Assembly (NCBI GenBank): GCA_010093705.1
Contig: MU006092.1
Coordinates: 874,623 to 938,622 of the forward strand
Reading direction: 5' to 3'
DNA length: 64,000 nucleotides
DNA from: Patellaria atrata CBS 101060
Taxonomy: Eukaryota
Within the stretch, counting starts at the first letter, position 1. Each line of letters starts with the position of its first letter. The position numbers and the translations under genes are program-made. Positions 61,732-64,000 of this stretch are shown here, one piece after another. The notes under the pieces were generated by a model. The model was given only the letters and a program-made list of their open reading frames with translations, ran no database searches and was not told where the DNA came from.

Positions 61732-64000
61732 TGTGGGGATGTGAGAGGTGAGGGGGCCAAGTGACGGATTTGCCACTTATAAGGAGTTTAAAAGTTCGAT
61801 GGGAATGGTTGAGAAATATGCGGATGGGTTACAAGCGAATGAGTGTTCAGTCTCTCGGCCCGAGCGAAGTGTACAGAAATGGTAAAAGTGCAAAATGATG
61901 AGGTGATGGAGGGGTGATGATTATCGAAGCCGGTGGAATCGAGATGCAACCTTGTGCGCTATGGTAAAGGAGTTTACGAACAAGAAAAGTACTATAAATC
62001 CGTAGACTTTCGTTCGTACACCCACGTTGGGCCTGACATGCGAAAGTAATAATAACAAATAACGAGAGCAGATTCCGGAGAAGCAGAGTAATCCGGTTTT
62101 CGGTCCTGTTTTAACGAGAAGACTTCTAAAGCACCGCCGTAGAATTACCCTTTAGCACAAAGATAAAAGCAGTTGATATTTGAAAGAAAAATCGCAAAAG
62201 CTAGCTGACGTAGGTGGTTCTTGGCAGAAGGGGACGGCCGAGTGTGCCGGCGTTCTAGAAGAATTCTGTCGACTTCTGACAATCCTCAAACCCAGTTAAA
62301 GTTAGTTCACCCACGCAGCCAACCCTGCAACTTCTTGAGCTTGTAACATCCACCGCACCCATGCCTCATTACCCTTTTCGGACCTACCGCCGATGCAATG
62401 TCGATGATCTCGAACGCTTTGCACCAACTCACCAGGAAGTCCGCTCTCACATATCCTATTACAAACCTTTCTCCCACTCAATAAGTACCTTTTAACTACC
62501 AGTTGTACAGTCGAGTATGCACCTCGTTTAGTCGGTGATCCACCATCCGAACACGGACCATGACTTTCCCTAGAAGGATCAGCACATTCCAAATATATCT
62601 TGCAATCGGATCCTTTGAAGATACATATGCACAATCAAGAGCCGCGTACCGAATCTATGAAAACGTGGAAATGGCTACGACTGCGCCGCTTGTACAGGAT
62701 ATGTTGTACTTACTGTGTGAGTAGCTAGGCGCGTAGCGATTGTCGGGACGCCCAGCAATAGTTCTACTGGTGTAGCCGATGGGGCAAAAGTCTTCACGCT
62801 TCCCCACGATCTAATTACCGTATCTGAGGTTAACCGATCGCTTGACGGGTAACCTACTTCATTGGGGCGGATACGTGGACACCTTTTGCTGAGCCTCATG
62901 ATTCGTTGAATGGTCGTCACGAAAGTGAGTTTGCACTGCTAACAACGATGTATGATTAGCGATATTAAGAGCTGTATCTCTACAATCTGCCACAATATGC
63001 TTGCTGTACAAAACGCTGGGGGGACCACAGGAGTGTGAAACATCTCAGCTGTTCAAGGTATTTGACTCTGTACGGCTGCGGATCTTTTTGTATAGTCTGG
63101 TATATTACCTACGGCGAAACCAGAACCTGCTTAAGAGAAGCCATACAGTAAGCTGGGAATTCTACGACCGGGCGAGAGATTTAAAAGAGGAGTGGATTAA
63201 AACGCGCATTGATTTGTACTCGTGACAACTCCCTAGTTGAATGTGACTCGTTTCTGCTGTCCCGTATGGAAGCATACGAAAGCTGAGTACGATGCAACTT
63301 ACGACGACAGCAACGCCAGAGTATTCTCCCCAACCGTACTCTCCCACGTCTTCCAACACTGCGTGCTGAGGAGGCATTACCCAGCTACCGATGCTCTTGC
63401 AAACACGGGATCCCATAACCCTCTTAGGATGATGGCTGCACCTAGTTCTGCGGAGCTCCCGTGACAGCAAAACTCCAGCTTCAATTCAACTCGGATCGTT
63501 AATGCGCGGTCAAACTACAAATTAGATGGCGCTTAACTGTCTAATTCTGCGGGAGATTGCTGAGTCGTGGTTGTAAGCGACTCCAAGGTGCAGACCAACG
63601 CGGTTATCCGACTCATAGATTGGATCGAGTGGGACTGAGTTTGAAAGTCCCGGTTGTTGCACACCTGAAAATATTTTTGCACCGGGGTAGAGCGGGTGGC
63701 TTGCATAGAAGTTGGGGGCTGAGTCGTCGAGATTTTCACTTTTGCAACGCAGGGTCTTGTAGGGCTGTCGCATCGGTAACACACCTCTCGGTAACAAGTC
63801 CTTGACCTACCTTACATCTTCAGCACTGCTTTGTTGCAACGGGACTTTGTGTGTCCGCGAGAATTCTGCTATAATCTAGAAATTTGATATGGCTGTGCCA
63901 CTTGATATTATCTACCTCTTTGTCAAAATATGATCCCGTGAACTAGCCACATGATCAAACGAGTACTGAGCCACAGATTGTTTAAAGAGCCAACCTGATG

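Noticed and set aside
61732..61776. GTG-initiated N-terminal extension of RPN4 from the ORF track
   Set aside because: Product of bacterial-style start calling; an ATG in good context (CACAATG) lies at 61731

Overview
Eukaryotic, intron-containing DNA from a filamentous ascomycete (Pezizomycotina, probably Eurotiomycetes). This is inferred from short GT-AG introns with CTRAC-type branch points and from the gene families present. About 22 protein-coding genes can be reconstructed by hand. In order: YPI1, RPL31, an Amun-like HhH protein, SGO1, DAD2, a secreted S10 carboxypeptidase, FMT1, CCZ1, a secreted Cys/QN-rich protein, a Mid2-like sensor, a PQ-loop transporter, a GPI-type aspartic protease, a PTH11-like receptor, a small putatively mitochondrial protein, RHO1, an F-box protein, a DAL5/TNA1-type MFS transporter, an FAD monooxygenase, a Ser/Pro-rich protein, PNK1, MED18, KGD4/YMR31 and an RPN4-type C2H2 factor. 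A 100-N assembly gap sits inside a GA microsatellite. I saw no tRNA, rRNA, intact transposon or CRISPR array. This is mostly a core housekeeping region, and I found no clearly new multi-gene system. The best leads are: (1) a secreted Kex2-processed protein with a prion-like Q/N tract; (2) the head-to-head SGO1/DAD2 kinetochore pair sharing an MCB box; (3) an uncharacterised HhH protein followed by a second coding block in another frame; (4) a DSA catalytic motif in the aspartic protease; (5) an intergenic-enriched TACWGTA palindrome; (6) a C-to-G skewed gene with complementary homopolymer arms; (7) possible regulatory features of RPN4. All family assignments come from motif recognition, not database searches.
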